DNA of 64,000 nt from Tubiluchus corallicola (lineage: Eukaryota; Animalia; Priapulida), in contig JAQGDQ010000870.1 of the NCBI GenBank assembly GCA_030141605.1, positions 22,427 to 86,426 on the forward strand, given 5' to 3'. Every line of letters begins with the position of its first letter. The first letter of the stretch is position 1. A model generated the notes under the pieces. That model was not told the DNA's origin and did not search any database. It saw nothing but the letters and a program-made list of their open reading frames with translations. Of this stretch, positions 27,795 through 41,165 are shown piece by piece. Made by a program: the position numbers and the translations under genes.

Positions 27795-29290
27795 TTTACC
27801 TGGCTGGAATGACTTCGTTGCTCATAGTCATAAATATTCTCGCCAGTGTTTCCTTCTATGGCCTTTGAATGGTAAGACACGTAATGATTACTTAGATGAC
27901 GAAATGCGCCGTTCTCGTGCACTGTTTAAACGCGCATTGCGTGAGTGCAAACTTATTGAGAAACCTACTGAGTATTATTGCTGATAAGCTGGCTTATAAA
28001 CTTATGCATTGTAACCCTTACGAGTTTTGGACATCTATAAAAAAAGAAACCAATTCATAACTTCTTCTTTCTTCACACGTTGGTGAGGTAAATTCAGTTG
28101 ACAATATAGCTCTTAACGCGCGCAAAAAACATGTTCTGAGCCATAGCAGAACGCCTATTAATGCATTTAGTTTTTGAAGTACGAGAGGCAATTGTTAAGC
28201 TTTCCTTACATAAATCAGCTGGCTCAGATGGACTTTTCCGTAATGCATCCCATTTGCTGCCAATCATGTTCACGTCCTTCATGTAACACACGGTTACTTG
28301 CCGCGTTCATTAATGTTATCTGTACTAGTACCCCTCGATAAAGATAAAAATGGGGATATTACAGACAAAAACAACTATAGGCCTATCGCTCTTTCATCTG
28401 TAGGAAGCAAAGTTATAGAAATACTGCTTCTAAATCGTTACAGGTCTTGTTTGAGTACCATGCAAAACCAGTTTGGTTGTTTTTGAAAATTTAGGCACAG
28501 AGATGTGCAGCCAAACTTTAAAAGAGGTGCTTGACTATTACATTAGTTGACAAAGCACTGTACACATTCTGTTTATTGACACATCAGCAGAGTAAACTAT
28601 CTCAAACTTTTTCCAACCCTTATCAGTACTAACCTACCAAATGCAGTAATTAGATTTTTGCTTTTTTATTACAAGGAATTATGTTGGTTAGATGGGGCAA
28701 ATTTAACTCTGACAGTTTTACGTTTTACAGTAGGTAACGGAATTCGTTAATGTGGAAAAATGTCTCCACTGTTATTCAACTCCTATTTTAAAAATCTTAA
28801 TGCTGAACTTACACGTGTGGGTTGTCATATTACTGAAACCTGCATTAATCACTTCATATACGCTGATGACATATGTTTTTTAGCAACAATCAGAACAGTT
28901 TTACAGAGGCTGCTAGGCATTTTTAATAAATTTGGTAACGAATATGATATTCTTCTAAATATGAATAACACTAAGCTTGTCACATTTCGCTCTGCCCATA
29001 TACAGCAGGTTACTTTTGGGTCTGTTGTTTTGCAGCGTCAACATTTTGTACCTAGTAAAAAAGAAAAATATCTGGGTCATATTTTATCGAAAGACAATAG
29101 AGAAGATTTAGATTTATTATGACAATGCTCAATTTACTATGGCGGAGTCAGTAAATTACTCATGTAATTTACTCATTAATAATGTGAAGAGACAATTGTT
29201 TAATGCTTACTGCACTACTTTTTATTGTATGTCCACTTGGAGACATTTTTACTCTTACAATCTTAGGAAACTCAAGGTTGCGTATAATGT
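27795..29290 (+). mobile_element. Decayed, truncated non-LTR retrotransposon (LINE) ORF2 / reverse transcriptase fragment
   Basis: Interrupted frames give PGWN...W...MRRSRALFKRALREC, DITDKNNYRPIAL, NQFG, SPLLFN, YADDI (RT catalytic motif), KYLGH and LKVAYN, with many stops and frameshifts. Confidence 0.9.
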
Positions 29291-31382
29291 CTGTCAGTCA
29301 GTCAGCCAGTCAATCTGTCTCAGTCTGTCTGTCTGACTGACTGACAGTCTGTCTGTCTGTCTGTCAATTAGTCAGTCAATCAGCTAGTCAGTCTGTCAGT
29401 TAGACAGATATTCGTATTTTTAGAAATAATTCTCCTAAATTTAAACGACAAAATTATAAAAATATCACCAGGCAACTCCGTTTATTTTGTCGCTGGGTCA
29501 AGAACTATATTGTATTAAAAGTGTAGGGTAATCGCGACAGCAGTGCAACCTGGGTGTTCAATAAAGGAAGTCGACATTTGCTCCTTTAATTTGTGCTGGA
29601 GACCATAACTGGCTTCGCTGTATTAAAAAGCTTATCGATTATTTTTCTACTCCTGGACTCGCTACCTATAACAATTGTTATTTAATGTAGAGAGTTGTAG
29701 TTGTGGTGGCAATGGCGTCAAATCATTAAAATGGACAATCCTCAAGCAGGAAATAGTGAAAAAAACGAAGTCTATCTATACCCAGTTTACGTGGCTGTTC
29801 AAAACACTGATATTCAACATAATATGCATTGTGTTATGTCCATATCGTCAGTTACCACTGATATATTTAGCGAAATTCTTTTAATTTCTACAACAGTGTC
29901 AAAATAATTCACATTTGTTCAACTTTCGTCAACGACACCTAACTACGTAAACTGCCTTCATTTTTTATTGAAATTGTAATGAGCTTTGTAAACCTTGCGT
30001 GGGACTAATAAATTATGAAGTAGTCTGTAAAAATGATCTTTGTACAAAAATAGCTTTTATAGACAGAAAATAAGAACAAACGAGGTAATAAATCATTCGG
30101 AAAGAAAGGACAGCATGCATAAGAATCTCCAAGTCAAGAAACACACAGCAATGGTTAGCGGCAATGAATTTAATATATATAGACATGCATAACATGCTGG
30201 TAAAAACGGAAATGTCTTGCAATTGAATTGAATACAAGCAAAAGTAAAAGGAAGGCGACAAACTCAAAAGACAGTTTAAGAACGATTTAAACTTATTCCA
30301 CCAGTTTTTTCCATTGTTATTATTAAGTGCAAATACGTTGGTGTGCAGTCGTAATATTCTTCAAGCAGTCAGAAAATGGATTTTTGCAAATTGTCTATAA
30401 GCGTCATGCAGGAAAGAGAAGTAGAATAATGTGTAAGATGAAGCCCTGTCAAGCCTAACTGATGGGATATGAGCCGCACTGAAGATTGTGAAACGCGTGT
30501 GGTTGACAGTTTTTCACGCGTTATAGCAAATATTTATTAAATTTTGATGCGTGCTATATAAACACATTAATACTACTGTCTGTAAGAGCGTATTTTGATG
30601 TTTTCAGCTCTTGATTTAGTTAGTCTTTATGCACGAGCATCAGGAGTTGCTACAAAATAATCGTGAAATGTACCAATACAGTGAAAAGGTACGGCCTGGG
30701 TGAACGAAAATAAATACGTAAACAGAGAAAATGGGTGAGCGTAGGCATGACGGGTAGGTCCGTAAACCAGTAAGTACATAAGGATCGAGACACCAATCTG
30801 AAACTGACAAAATAAGCAGACGTCACTACGAGTGTTGTGATAATTCGGCTTCGTTCCCAGATTTATGTCAGTGAGATATTTTAAGACAACAATCTATTTC
30901 TAAGCAAATCAGCAGAGTAGAAAAACTATACCAATGTAATTGTGCTCCTTTTTATTGCGTACTATGGGATGTGTAACATATAATAAATGTATAATTATAA
31001 TAGCTACTTTTTGTGTTTGCTGATTTTAATTATGACGCAAATTCCTTATTGCCACTTTCTCCAAATTGGTTCTGGTTATAGTCACAATAATATTTTATCA
31101 CAAAAAGGAAACATGAAGGAATTTAGCATGATGTGTTGACAGCTTGCGCCATCTATTGTCGACGCACTTCACAAATACAGATTCATCGTATCTGTTGTTA
31201 ACTGCATATCCACAAATGTTTTCAAAAACACAAAAATAGTTGATAAACGTTGTATCACTGAAATTAATAGCGAAATCGATAACAAATTACTGCTGCTGAG
31301 TTTTAATTGTGGTTGTAGGCCGTAAGAGTTACCATTTATTGCTAAGCTATTTACTGCTTGCTTCCAAAAGCAAACCCATTTC

Positions 31383-31384
<2 letters not shown>

Positions 31385-31449
<65 letters not shown>

Positions 31450-31450
31450 G

Positions 31451-31489
<39 letters not shown>

Positions 31490-31498
31490 GCTCTTTCT
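31385..31498. repeat. (CT)n microsatellite
   Basis: Seen directly. Confidence 0.95.
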
Positions 31499-33444
31499 GA
31501 TACTTTTTTCCGTGGGCATCTCAAAACCCGATTCGATCAAGCTTTACCATCGTATCTGTTACTTCAGTAGAGATTTTAGTAAATAACATCATGGCGACAC
31601 CAGTGATATAACGTGCTAGTAATAAAATACCACTAACAATTTTTTTTTGAATGAAGCCTTCGATTGCAATTGTATGTCAGCAGCTATCCTCCTCGAGGTT
31701 TTATTTTCTTTCTTCAGAGGTTCTTTAAAATATAGTCTTAGCGAACTAATGTCTGGAAGTCTTACGGTATCGTCCTATATGTTTATCTCGGTATTGTTTT
31801 GATCTTGTTTGTTCATTCCTCTGTTGGGAGTCACCCCTATGACTTTATTACATGGATATTGATTTGATATGTAGTCCTTAGTTCTAGGCTGTTCCCGAAA
31901 TGAATCTATTTCGGATTATTGATGAGCTTTGTTAGTCAAGAATTCTGAGCTGCAGACTTGCAACGAGTCAGTTTCCACCTATACAGTAAAAATTCTTAAT
32001 TTTGCTTTTAAATTGATCCTGTCATTTAAGTAAATTTGAAAACTAAGTTTTTTCTTCTCTATAGATTTTCTAATGTCGCTAGAAGGCTGCTTGGATCCGA
32101 AGTATTTCCTCAAACTTTTTCGCCGTATTTATACCATAATAATATTATGGCTATGCGTCCTATTACTTGCAACTCTCATGTATTGGAGATTTGCCATTGC
32201 ATCAGAACATGTATGCCTACGATTTCGAAAAATTGTGTGTTAATTTGGGACAGTGACTTTGCGAGTTTTACACAGAGAACAAGCAATATACAAAATCTTT
32301 AGCAAAATGCACCAAAGTGGCCAGAAGCGTGATTCGTCAGCGAGAAACTTACGCGAAGAAAAGATTAAGTTGAAAAGCTTCTTTGAATGGACAAAAAATT
32401 GTCATTCAAGTGTGAATAAAAAACTGATTCGCCGATCTGATAAATTATTAAGTAGCGTGTCCGGTTGTTGATGTACCCAGGTACTCAGCATTTAAGAAAA
32501 TAACAAGTTTTCTACATACTTGTACATAACCTTTTATATTTACCGATACATACAGTGTCTTCCTGATGGATTCTTTGTTAACTCGTTAACCTCTATAAAA
32601 CTACTGTCCACTCATAGTCTCTCATTTTCCTGCAAAGTTTTGTAAAGGTTTGATTCTCAGTTTTGGAACCATTCAAGTTATTTACCATACTTTGAATCAG
32701 GCGTAGTCGAAAGTAGCCCGCTTTACCAAATTTGCTTAATTTGACCTAGTACTACAAATTAGTATAAGTTTGGTCTCCCGCAGCGTGCTTTACAGTTTTC
32801 GAGTTACTGTGTTTGATCATGATGGTCATGAAAGAAATATTTGACTTTGAGCATTTTGACTTTGATCTTGGGCAACCTAAAAAGTAGAGCACCAATCGAA
32901 TTTGTTTCAATGATATAATAACGCAAACTGAGTAGATTTGTCTTCTCAGTCCTCGTAAGTTGTTGAGTTACTCAGATGGATTACCTGGTCCTGGTAATAA
33001 TAATAATGAAGAAAATAAATGCCAAACCGTTGAATATAAGCTATTTTTAAACAGAATGTAGCCAAGCTATTTTCCAAAAGCAGCTTTATATTATACAATA
33101 GTTATAATAATATATAGACCTATAAAAAAAATCAGGCTTTTGAAAATGCCTAAAGGCCATTAATTTCTTTTAAGTTTGTGCTCAAAGTCTGCAAAATAAA
33201 TTAAACCAACAACAACATGTGATCGTTTTAAAAATTAATGATTATTTTGAGAGAAGTTCTATATAATAATTATTGCCTGTAAAAATAAAATGTGGACTCT
33301 CATAATCATGACAACTGTATATCCAGTTTTCAGTTAATCATGTTTCGCAAAAGAGGAAATGAAAATAATTTACACGACATGCTCTGTTATCACAGTAAAG
33401 TCAGTATTTACAACATTTAATCTATTAAGGATTTGCGCACTTGG

Positions 33445-36400
33445 TCATTTCGTGTATTTTGGGACGTATTTAGTCTCTGTTGGAGGTACTGTTACTGTGT
33501 AAGCGGTTTTAGCTCCGTTGGCGCCCTCTTGTAAAGCGGAATCGTGTTTCTGCTCTCGGAGCACGTGATCACCCTTGCCGCGGTCGTAACCGTAGCCGGC
33601 TCCGCCAAATACCGCACCACCTTCGCCGAACGGGTGTCCGTAATTACCGACCTTCCTGCCGCCTAGCTGGGCGGGAACTGGATTAAAGAAAATATGACCG
33701 TATTGGTAGCCGTATCTGAAACCTCTAGAAATGTCGTATCCGGCTTTCTCTACCCTATACGCGGATGCGTTTCTAGCTATTGTGTAGTTTTTAAACTTTC
33801 CACGCTCGTGCTGCTCTGCACTACTTTTTGTCTCATATTCTTCGCCTGATCCTTTTCCTCCTTTTTCGAAATTATCACTCTGAATGATTTTGAGAGGCTT
33901 CGGTTTATAACTCGGATCATCGGCAGGACCAGCATGTGTTACTCCGTAATCTGGAATGGCGACCCTTTTTTGTGATACTTGGACAGAAACTCCGTCATTC
34001 GGATCGTGGTAGATCTCCTGAGGTGCTGGGTCGGCTGGAACAGGTTGTTGCTCCGGCACATCTCGGCTGATGAACGATGGTGGTGCTCCAATTGAGTAAC
34101 CAAACGGGGTATTGTAGACCTTCATACTGGATAATGTGCCTGGGTCACCCAGGAATACCTGTTGTTGAACAGCTTGTTTAGCTGGTTGCAGAGAATCTTG
34201 AGTCACTTGAAAAGCTTGTTCTTCTTGAAGTACAGCTTGCTGAACTGGTTGGAAAACCCTTTCCTGCTGTAAAGTTGGATCTGCTGCTTGAAGAGTCTTT
34301 AGCTGCGGGTCCTGGAAAGCCTGCTTCATGATTTGGTATCCTCGGACTGGTTGCAGAAGGTCTACTTGGGCAACTACCGGAACTCGTGCACGTGTGATTT
34401 TTGTCCCGGAGCTGAAAACTGGTGACGAGAAACTAGGTTGGCTACTCAGAACTGGAAGCCTGTCGACTATGTTGGTGCTGGCTTGGCCTTCATCGCCAAA
34501 ATTCACATTTGTATAATCATTGGTTATGGTGACCGCATAACCATCGTCGCGAGGTAGTGAAGGTGCAGAGTTTGGCTGCTCTCTTGCAATGGCACTGGTC
34601 ATCACTGTCAACCATGATGGGTAGCTGTGTTGCGCCGCCGGATAATTTGGATATGGCTGCACCACAGAGTAACTTGGTATTGCTGCTGCTGTTTGAATAT
34701 TTCCTGTATCAAGCACTCCTGGTCTGGCGTATGTGGGTGGGTTGACTGGTGTAGCAGATCGTGGCACAAAATCACTAATGGCTGATCCTTGACTAAGTGT
34801 CACCTATAACAATTAAATAGAATTACTATTAGATAGAGATTGTATTTTGCATACAAAAATGTACCATTATATAATGTGAATCCATCATTATGACCTATGA
34901 ACTAGACTTTTATCTCAGCAGATCTGGTGAAAAAATCTATTACGTATTAGCATCCCTTTCAGAATCAGAGTTTTTGTTAAAGTCATACAGTCAGTTGCAC
35001 GACGTCTCCATCCGATGTTGGCGTGTCACCTTTAATGCAGAAATGTCAAAGTCAAAACTCACAGTCAATATAGTCAACTCTCGTTCATGCTACCCAAGAA
35101 ATCTCTAGTGGACATACGTCAGAAGCACTTGCGCAAGTGACGCTAATGTTTTAGGATAAGCTGATGTACAGGGTGTTACATAAACTTTTTGCTAGTAGGC
35201 GTACAGTAACTACGAGTAATATTTACATCATTATAAAGTTTTGCTGAATCAATAGAGAATCTATCAAGACCTCAGTATTTAGCGTAGAAGACCGCTGCGT
35301 CTCGCGCTATCTGCAATACGTACATTGACAGGTATCGAAAGGACATCTACAAGATGTATTGGACGATCTTGTGCTTCGAGTTTCCGATCACATCTCACAA
35401 GACTGCAGGCTGTGCGAGCTGCGTGACACCTTTACATCAAAAAATTTTGAGGACGCGATAGATTCTCTATTAATTCAACTCAGTTTGATATTATAAATTG
35501 TTCTGTGCTATCAGAGTATAACACGTAACCTAGCAAAAGTTATGTTATACTCTATATAATCTAAAGTTTAGGATATACGCGTGGAACGGGAGCAGGCATC
35601 ATCAGGAAAATTCAGTCAACTTATTTATTGCAGTAATCTATACTACAAAAGTGCAAAGTGTTCACATAGTCTTCTTGCACAAGTAGGTTTTATGACAAGT
35701 AGGCTATATCAATTCTACACCCACAAACTATATTAAATTATTACGTATCCAACGCTATTTCGGCATTTCTGCAATAATAAACTTGATTTAAAGTCAGATT
35801 TAAATCCAGCAAACAAGACAAAGCAAAGCCGACTGTAATTAACAAACTATACTTATATAATGGATATTGTTATTATTATTACTGTGCTTTACCTTAAATA
35901 CCACGCGCCAGGTAGGGCAGAGAGCAGGTACCATTTTTTAAATTATTGGTACGACCCGCCTGTGGTATCGAACTTCACGATCTCCCAGACGGAAAACAGA
36001 CGCGTAATTTATTACACTATAACGTCTGGTTGGAGAAGTGTGAATATTGTGATTAAATCCTGTAACTTTCGACAATTTCATTAAAATCGATTTTGGCATG
36101 ACCACTACAGTTATTATTCAACATGCCAAATCATTTAGGTTTAGGTCTTCAATCAACACAACTGCAAATTAAACAGAAGCTTTAGAAAGTTAAGTGAAAT
36201 ATAAAATTTCTTTAATTTAGGTAACTAATTGAATCGATAACTGTTTTTTTTTGTTCTAGCTCTACATTTTAGCCACTCATACATTCAACTTAATATGTTC
36301 GGTGACAAAATACTCAAAAATGTTATACATGACACACAATGAGTTCGCCACCTCATTAAACATTTGACAGAAAACTGAGCGTCTGTTGTGCGGCCCAGGT

Positions 36401-39285
36401 AATACAAGTCAACCGTTAATGCTTTGGTCGTGCAGAGAACACATGTATATATTAATGAGATACAAATGTTAATTACAGGTGTTTTGGTGATGGTTCAAAT
36501 CCACAGTTCATTAAATTTTGGTATTAAAGTTGAAAGACAGGAAATGTGAAAATGTGGTATACAGCCTTAATTCGAGCTATAGGGGCCTTCTGCTTACAAG
36601 GCGTGCCATAGACCAATAGGCCACAATATCACCACGTTATAATTTATGTCCAACCGAATTCAGCATTTCCAGTGTTAGATCGCTCAAGCTAAATTGATTC
36701 TAACTAATAGTTATTATTTTTGAATCATTTTGAACCAAAAGATTTTAGTAGGAAATTAATTATTATAATCTTAATATCAAGATCACAATTAATGATGGTA
36801 CAAAACCAAAATTAACTAAATTTTGGTAGAAAAGTCAACTGAAAGACAACGAATGTGAAAAATTTTTAATACCTCCTCTTCGATTTGAACCAGGGACTTT
36901 TTGTTTAAAAAGCAGATGCCTTCGACAGCTAGGCCACCGTATTCTAGTGATCAAGGCAGCACAAAGTTCATCTCTTATAGCTGACCAACTATTGTTGTGA
37001 ACAATCTAACAATCTAACATTGGAAATGTCGAATTCAGTTGCCGAATCTATAAGGGATGAAATTTGGATGAGCTGTTTTGAGATGGTTGTTCACTGGTGG
37101 AAACTGCGTTTACTCAGTACCTTTGAAACAGGGTTGCTCCGGTTAGTAACGTTTTCAACTCGGGTTCGAAGCTGGGTACTAAACCCAAATCGCTAGTCTT
37201 CTGGACGTTGTTGTGGTTGTCCTCGTTGTCATTGTCGCTGTTGTTGTTTGGGATAATCTGTTGAAAAAAGCCTAAGGCTCCGTGAACTCGCAATAGATTG
37301 TCATGAAACTTTACAGGACTATACAAGAACGAATTCTGCATCGATCGGCAAAGCCAGATTTTCGATCAGTCATTTTGAATTCAAAGCTAAAAGACATCAT
37401 GGACATCAAAACAATTACATCAAGTTTAGTGACCTTGGCATTAAGATTTTCTCCGGGAGTTTTCTAACGACATGGAAAAACCGCACAGTGATCCTGTAGT
37501 CCTTTCTTTCATCTTCCTAATCATATGAAGCAGCACAAACTTGCCCGTTAAGTGACACTGACATTAATAAGTTGTCACAAGCATTATCACAGCATTTTGA
37601 TCTTGACTTTTTTGTCAAAAACACTACCGCACCGGAGCGCAAAGTAACTCAACTAAGTCCGATCACTCCGGTGACGGAGATTATTTTAAAAATTTTGAAA
37701 TGGACACCGGCATTTTTTCTCTGGCTTTTTTCTCTTCATCATCCCAAACACCGCTACACTTTGAATTTCAGCTTTGGCTTTTCATTTTCTCATCATCCCA
37801 AACACTGTGAGTGTAATCTCTTCATCGTCAGACAGATATGACAACAGGGAGAACAAAACAAAATGAATTTTAATGCGGGCAGGCGAGTCACAAACGTATC
37901 GCAAATAAACCTCGTTACTGTATTCCCAGAGTTTGGAAATGAAAATTGAAATACTGATCCATCTGTTGACCGTTTCTCGAATATTTCCTAAGGATAGTAA
38001 TACTTACGATAGTGAAATAAGCAGGGTAAATAGACTCATTTCTCCAACTCATTAAGTCAAATGTTTTCGTCTTTTCTTAGCGCAGTGTTACATAATTTCT
38101 AAAGACAACTCGAGGAATAAAGAGACCAAAAATAATTATATTTGCTCTTGAACAAGATGACTCATCCTTTAGTATTCCACATTTTACGCAGTGTTACAAA
38201 GACAGGTGAGAAATGGTCTCGTACCCGTCCTCACAACATCCTAGGCATCAACTCCCTACAGTCCAAAGTCTTAGACCAATAGGTCAGCAAAGAAAGTGAC
38301 AGGCTAAGAATTTAACCTTTTCGCATCATCATTCGTAATTAAAACGCTGTTAAACGGTCGTTTGGTCTTGCATAAAAGCCAGGAGAAAGTAAACCGATTG
38401 ACCCAAATAAATAATACGTTTCATTCCTTAACCACACATTTCATTCATGCACAATGTTGAACAACAACTGCGTGAACATTTCAACCCATATTGAAAGTTT
38501 GTACAGTAAGTGTGATTCCAGATACATTTGCCTTAGGCCAGTAACTGTTGTACTGCAATTTCACCTGTAGTAAAATTCGTCTGCTATATATACAATGTAT
38601 TTCGCGTTAATAATGGACCTGCTGATCTACTTACAAATCTTTATACTAAGTACTGATTTCACTTTATGTAGGAATCGTAATTGAGGTGCTACCTGAATTG
38701 TGATATATATAAAGCCAGAAAGTTCAAATTCCTATAGATGAGTAAGATTGGTCAATTCACAGTAACTAAGTAATACTATTATTAATAAGCAACTTAAATT
38801 TCTATTTTAATGCCCCTTGAAATGAAAAAAGGCTTTATTAACACTAATTTTTTGTATTATATTACCTGAAGAAAGATTTAGTTTCACTAACAAGTAAAAC
38901 TAACTGCAGCCAAATAAAAATATCAACTAATAAATAATCTGTAAACCAATGATTATTTATCCATTTCACAAACTTACGTTAAACAAGTATATTAAATAAT
39001 CCTGTAGTAGTACGAAAAACTGATGTTGTCATTTAACAACTAAAATTATAAATGCATTTTTATAATGTGAGTTTGAATAAACAAATTTAACCTTTTCAAG
39101 GTCTTAAATTCTTCGATCTGGAACTTCTTAAGGAAACTTATTTGAAAGGATGTGTTTCAAGGAAACAAAGGAAATGTTTTGTAACGATTTTCTGAATCAA
39201 ATTTGTATCTAGATTTTTAAGACTACATTTTATTTTTGACACTTACCAAAGACAAAAGGAAAAACGCACCCCCCGCTTCCAACAT
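33445..39285 (-). CDS. Secreted P/Q/V-rich low-complexity protein with G/Y/K/E-rich C-terminus, 465 aa; exons 39285-39247 and 34803-33445
   Basis: The 39-nt exon ATG...TCTTTG|GTAAGT (MLEAGGAFFLLSL) splices in phase 0 to tatag|GTG at 34803. This gives the signal peptide MLEAGGAFFLLSLVTLSQG followed by a 452-codon open exon. Upstream acceptor at 39299 and donor ATG|GTAAGC at 39556 for a non-coding exon. Confidence 0.82.
35167..35556. mobile_element. Tc1/mariner-type MITE in an intron
   Basis: TA-CAGGGTGTTACATAAACTTTTTGCTAG ... CTAGCAAAAGTTATGTTATACTCTA-TA, plus the internal inverted pair AATAGAGAATCTATC / GATAGATTCTCTATT. Confidence 0.7.
35884..36030 (-). mobile_element. tRNA-derived SINE relic
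   Basis: The - strand has a B-box-like AGTTCGATACC followed by AAAAATGGTACCTGCTCTCTGCCCTACCTGGCGCG, resembling from memory the central domain of Meta-type SINEs. Confidence 0.5.
36455..36945 (-). repeat. Two diverged tandem ~300-bp units, each with a tRNA-like head
   Basis: Shared blocks aaattttggta...gaaagaca...aatgtgaaaa...atac at ~36512-36565 and ~36818-36875. Each is followed by the reverse complement of a tRNA-like segment (second copy: GGTGGCCTAGCTG...GGTTCAAATCG). Confidence 0.55.
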
Positions 39286-41019
39286 TCTTCAATCTTTAGC
39301 TAAAAATGACAAAAAATTAGACAGCGATCACACCACTAAAACAACACAAGCATCCGAAACAATAGAAGTCCTAATAATAACGATAATGCACTGATAAATG
39401 TTCGCGCATTAACCTTAGATTATAATGGCATCTTGTATTTTTCTGTTGTTCGAAGTTTCAACTCAGGAAGGTTCCTATCCACATTTCAGCAACGCGTTAC
39501 AGTGTTAAATTGTTTCATTTTCATTTTGTTGAAAAAAAAAATCAGGTAAGCTTACCATGCATAACATTCAAACGATGAAAACTATTGTGCACTGCACGTT
39601 CACAGCAAGAGAACTGTGGTGAAATCGAGGCGTGACAGCGTGACATACATTTCAGAAAATCATGCTTAGCCCGCCTTGAGTCAGCCGCCATAATACCAAC
39701 AAACCTCCATAATTACGAAAAATGCCCGCGACAAATAGACAATGGTCGTTAATTAGCGTCACCTACTGCTGATAAGAAAATAATGGTTGTTGTTGAGGAT
39801 GAGCTTACAAGTTTGAAAAAGAAAGACAATGTCAAAGACAAGCAAACTAAACCGAAACTATGAAGTTATGAGTTTGAAATCGCAAAAACTTTTGAGAGGA
39901 ACGCCAATAAAATTGATTAATGTTTGTTCTATATTCTTTTCGGCTGGGAATTTTTATTGTCTGTCTGTGATTCAAGGCCATGTAAGAAGAACAAACAAGC
40001 ATAGTTTTACCTTACCTCTTTTTGATGGCAATTTCCATTGTCTTTGCCGCTAATTTTTGCTCTGCAATTTATTTGAAATAAAAGAGCAAGATTCTAGAAA
40101 TACGAGGTGTAGTTAGAGTATGTTAAAGATGCTCCATAACTTCTCATAGTTGAATAATAAATTATTATTATTCGTGCGTGCGTGCGTGTGCGTGTGTGTG
40201 TATAGGGGATACGTGCGTGGGTGGTGCTTATTTGCTTGTTTTTCAAGTTGCAAACAGTCATGTTTTTATAGACTACTGTGTAGTTTTTACAAACCTGACT
40301 GAAATGGGCATTCATAATGTCAGTCTCCTTGATTGCACTCATAATTTCTGTGTGACTTGTTTTCCTAAGGCTTGAGGGTGTCCTAGTGAAAGTTTATTCA
40401 TATAAGGGCACGAACGTTGCTGTCGAATAATTTGAATACTGCATGGATAATAAATCATTAATGCTAAGCAGATGTCGGTTTACGATAATTGAGTAAGCAT
40501 TTTACGTTGTACTTGTGTAATAAATTAATGTTATAATAATTTTGCGTGTTTGAAAGCAATTGCCCTGCGCCCCCACTAAGCTTTAAAATTAATTTGAACT
40601 GTGTATGATTTAAACAAATTTGAAAATGTCACACTTTGACAGCCACTCGAATGGGTTTCTGTGTGTTAATCAGTGTGTCGCCGTAAGTATAATACCGCGC
40701 AGCCACCAAAACACGGGTGTTTTTACATGGATTCACGATCACTAATCGATTGCTAATCTAAAAGTACCGCGATTTTATAATTCAGCAAAGAAACCATAGT
40801 GTTAAACTCAACCGATGCAATACCTTCGACAAAAACGAGACTTAAACAAGTATAAAAACAAAAAATCTATCGCCGATCACTAGTCAGTGGTTTGTTACTA
40901 AACTTTTGGAAGGGGAATGGTTCGTACGAAGGGTAGAGCTGGATGGCTCTAGTCGCTATCGTCTCGACAGAGTGAGGATATTAAGATGCTTGGCCGCCTG
41001 TCTTATACCTCGACCAAGT

Positions 41020-41165
41020 ACTAAGGCTGGGTAGGCTTAGCAAGGGCAACCAGAAAGTCCTGTTCCAGAAGTAAATTGCTGGAAAAAACCAACATGAATG
41101 AGATTCGAACCCAGAACTTTTGGATTGGCGGTGAAGTGGCGTAAACTCGGTTGCGAACCTGGCTT
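41020..41165 (-). mobile_element. tRNA-derived SINE relic
   Basis: B-box GGTTCGAATC on the - strand with a degenerate upstream tRNA arm. No foldable cloverleaf. Confidence 0.45.

Noticed and set aside
36870-36940. tRNA gene
   Set aside because: A/B-box-like motifs are present but the stems do not pair; SINE-like relic.
38008-38039. Alternative signal-peptide exon MSLFTLLISLS (- strand) for the 33445 gene
   Set aside because: Ends in phase 2, incompatible with the phase-0 acceptor at 34803; the 39285-39247 exon fits.
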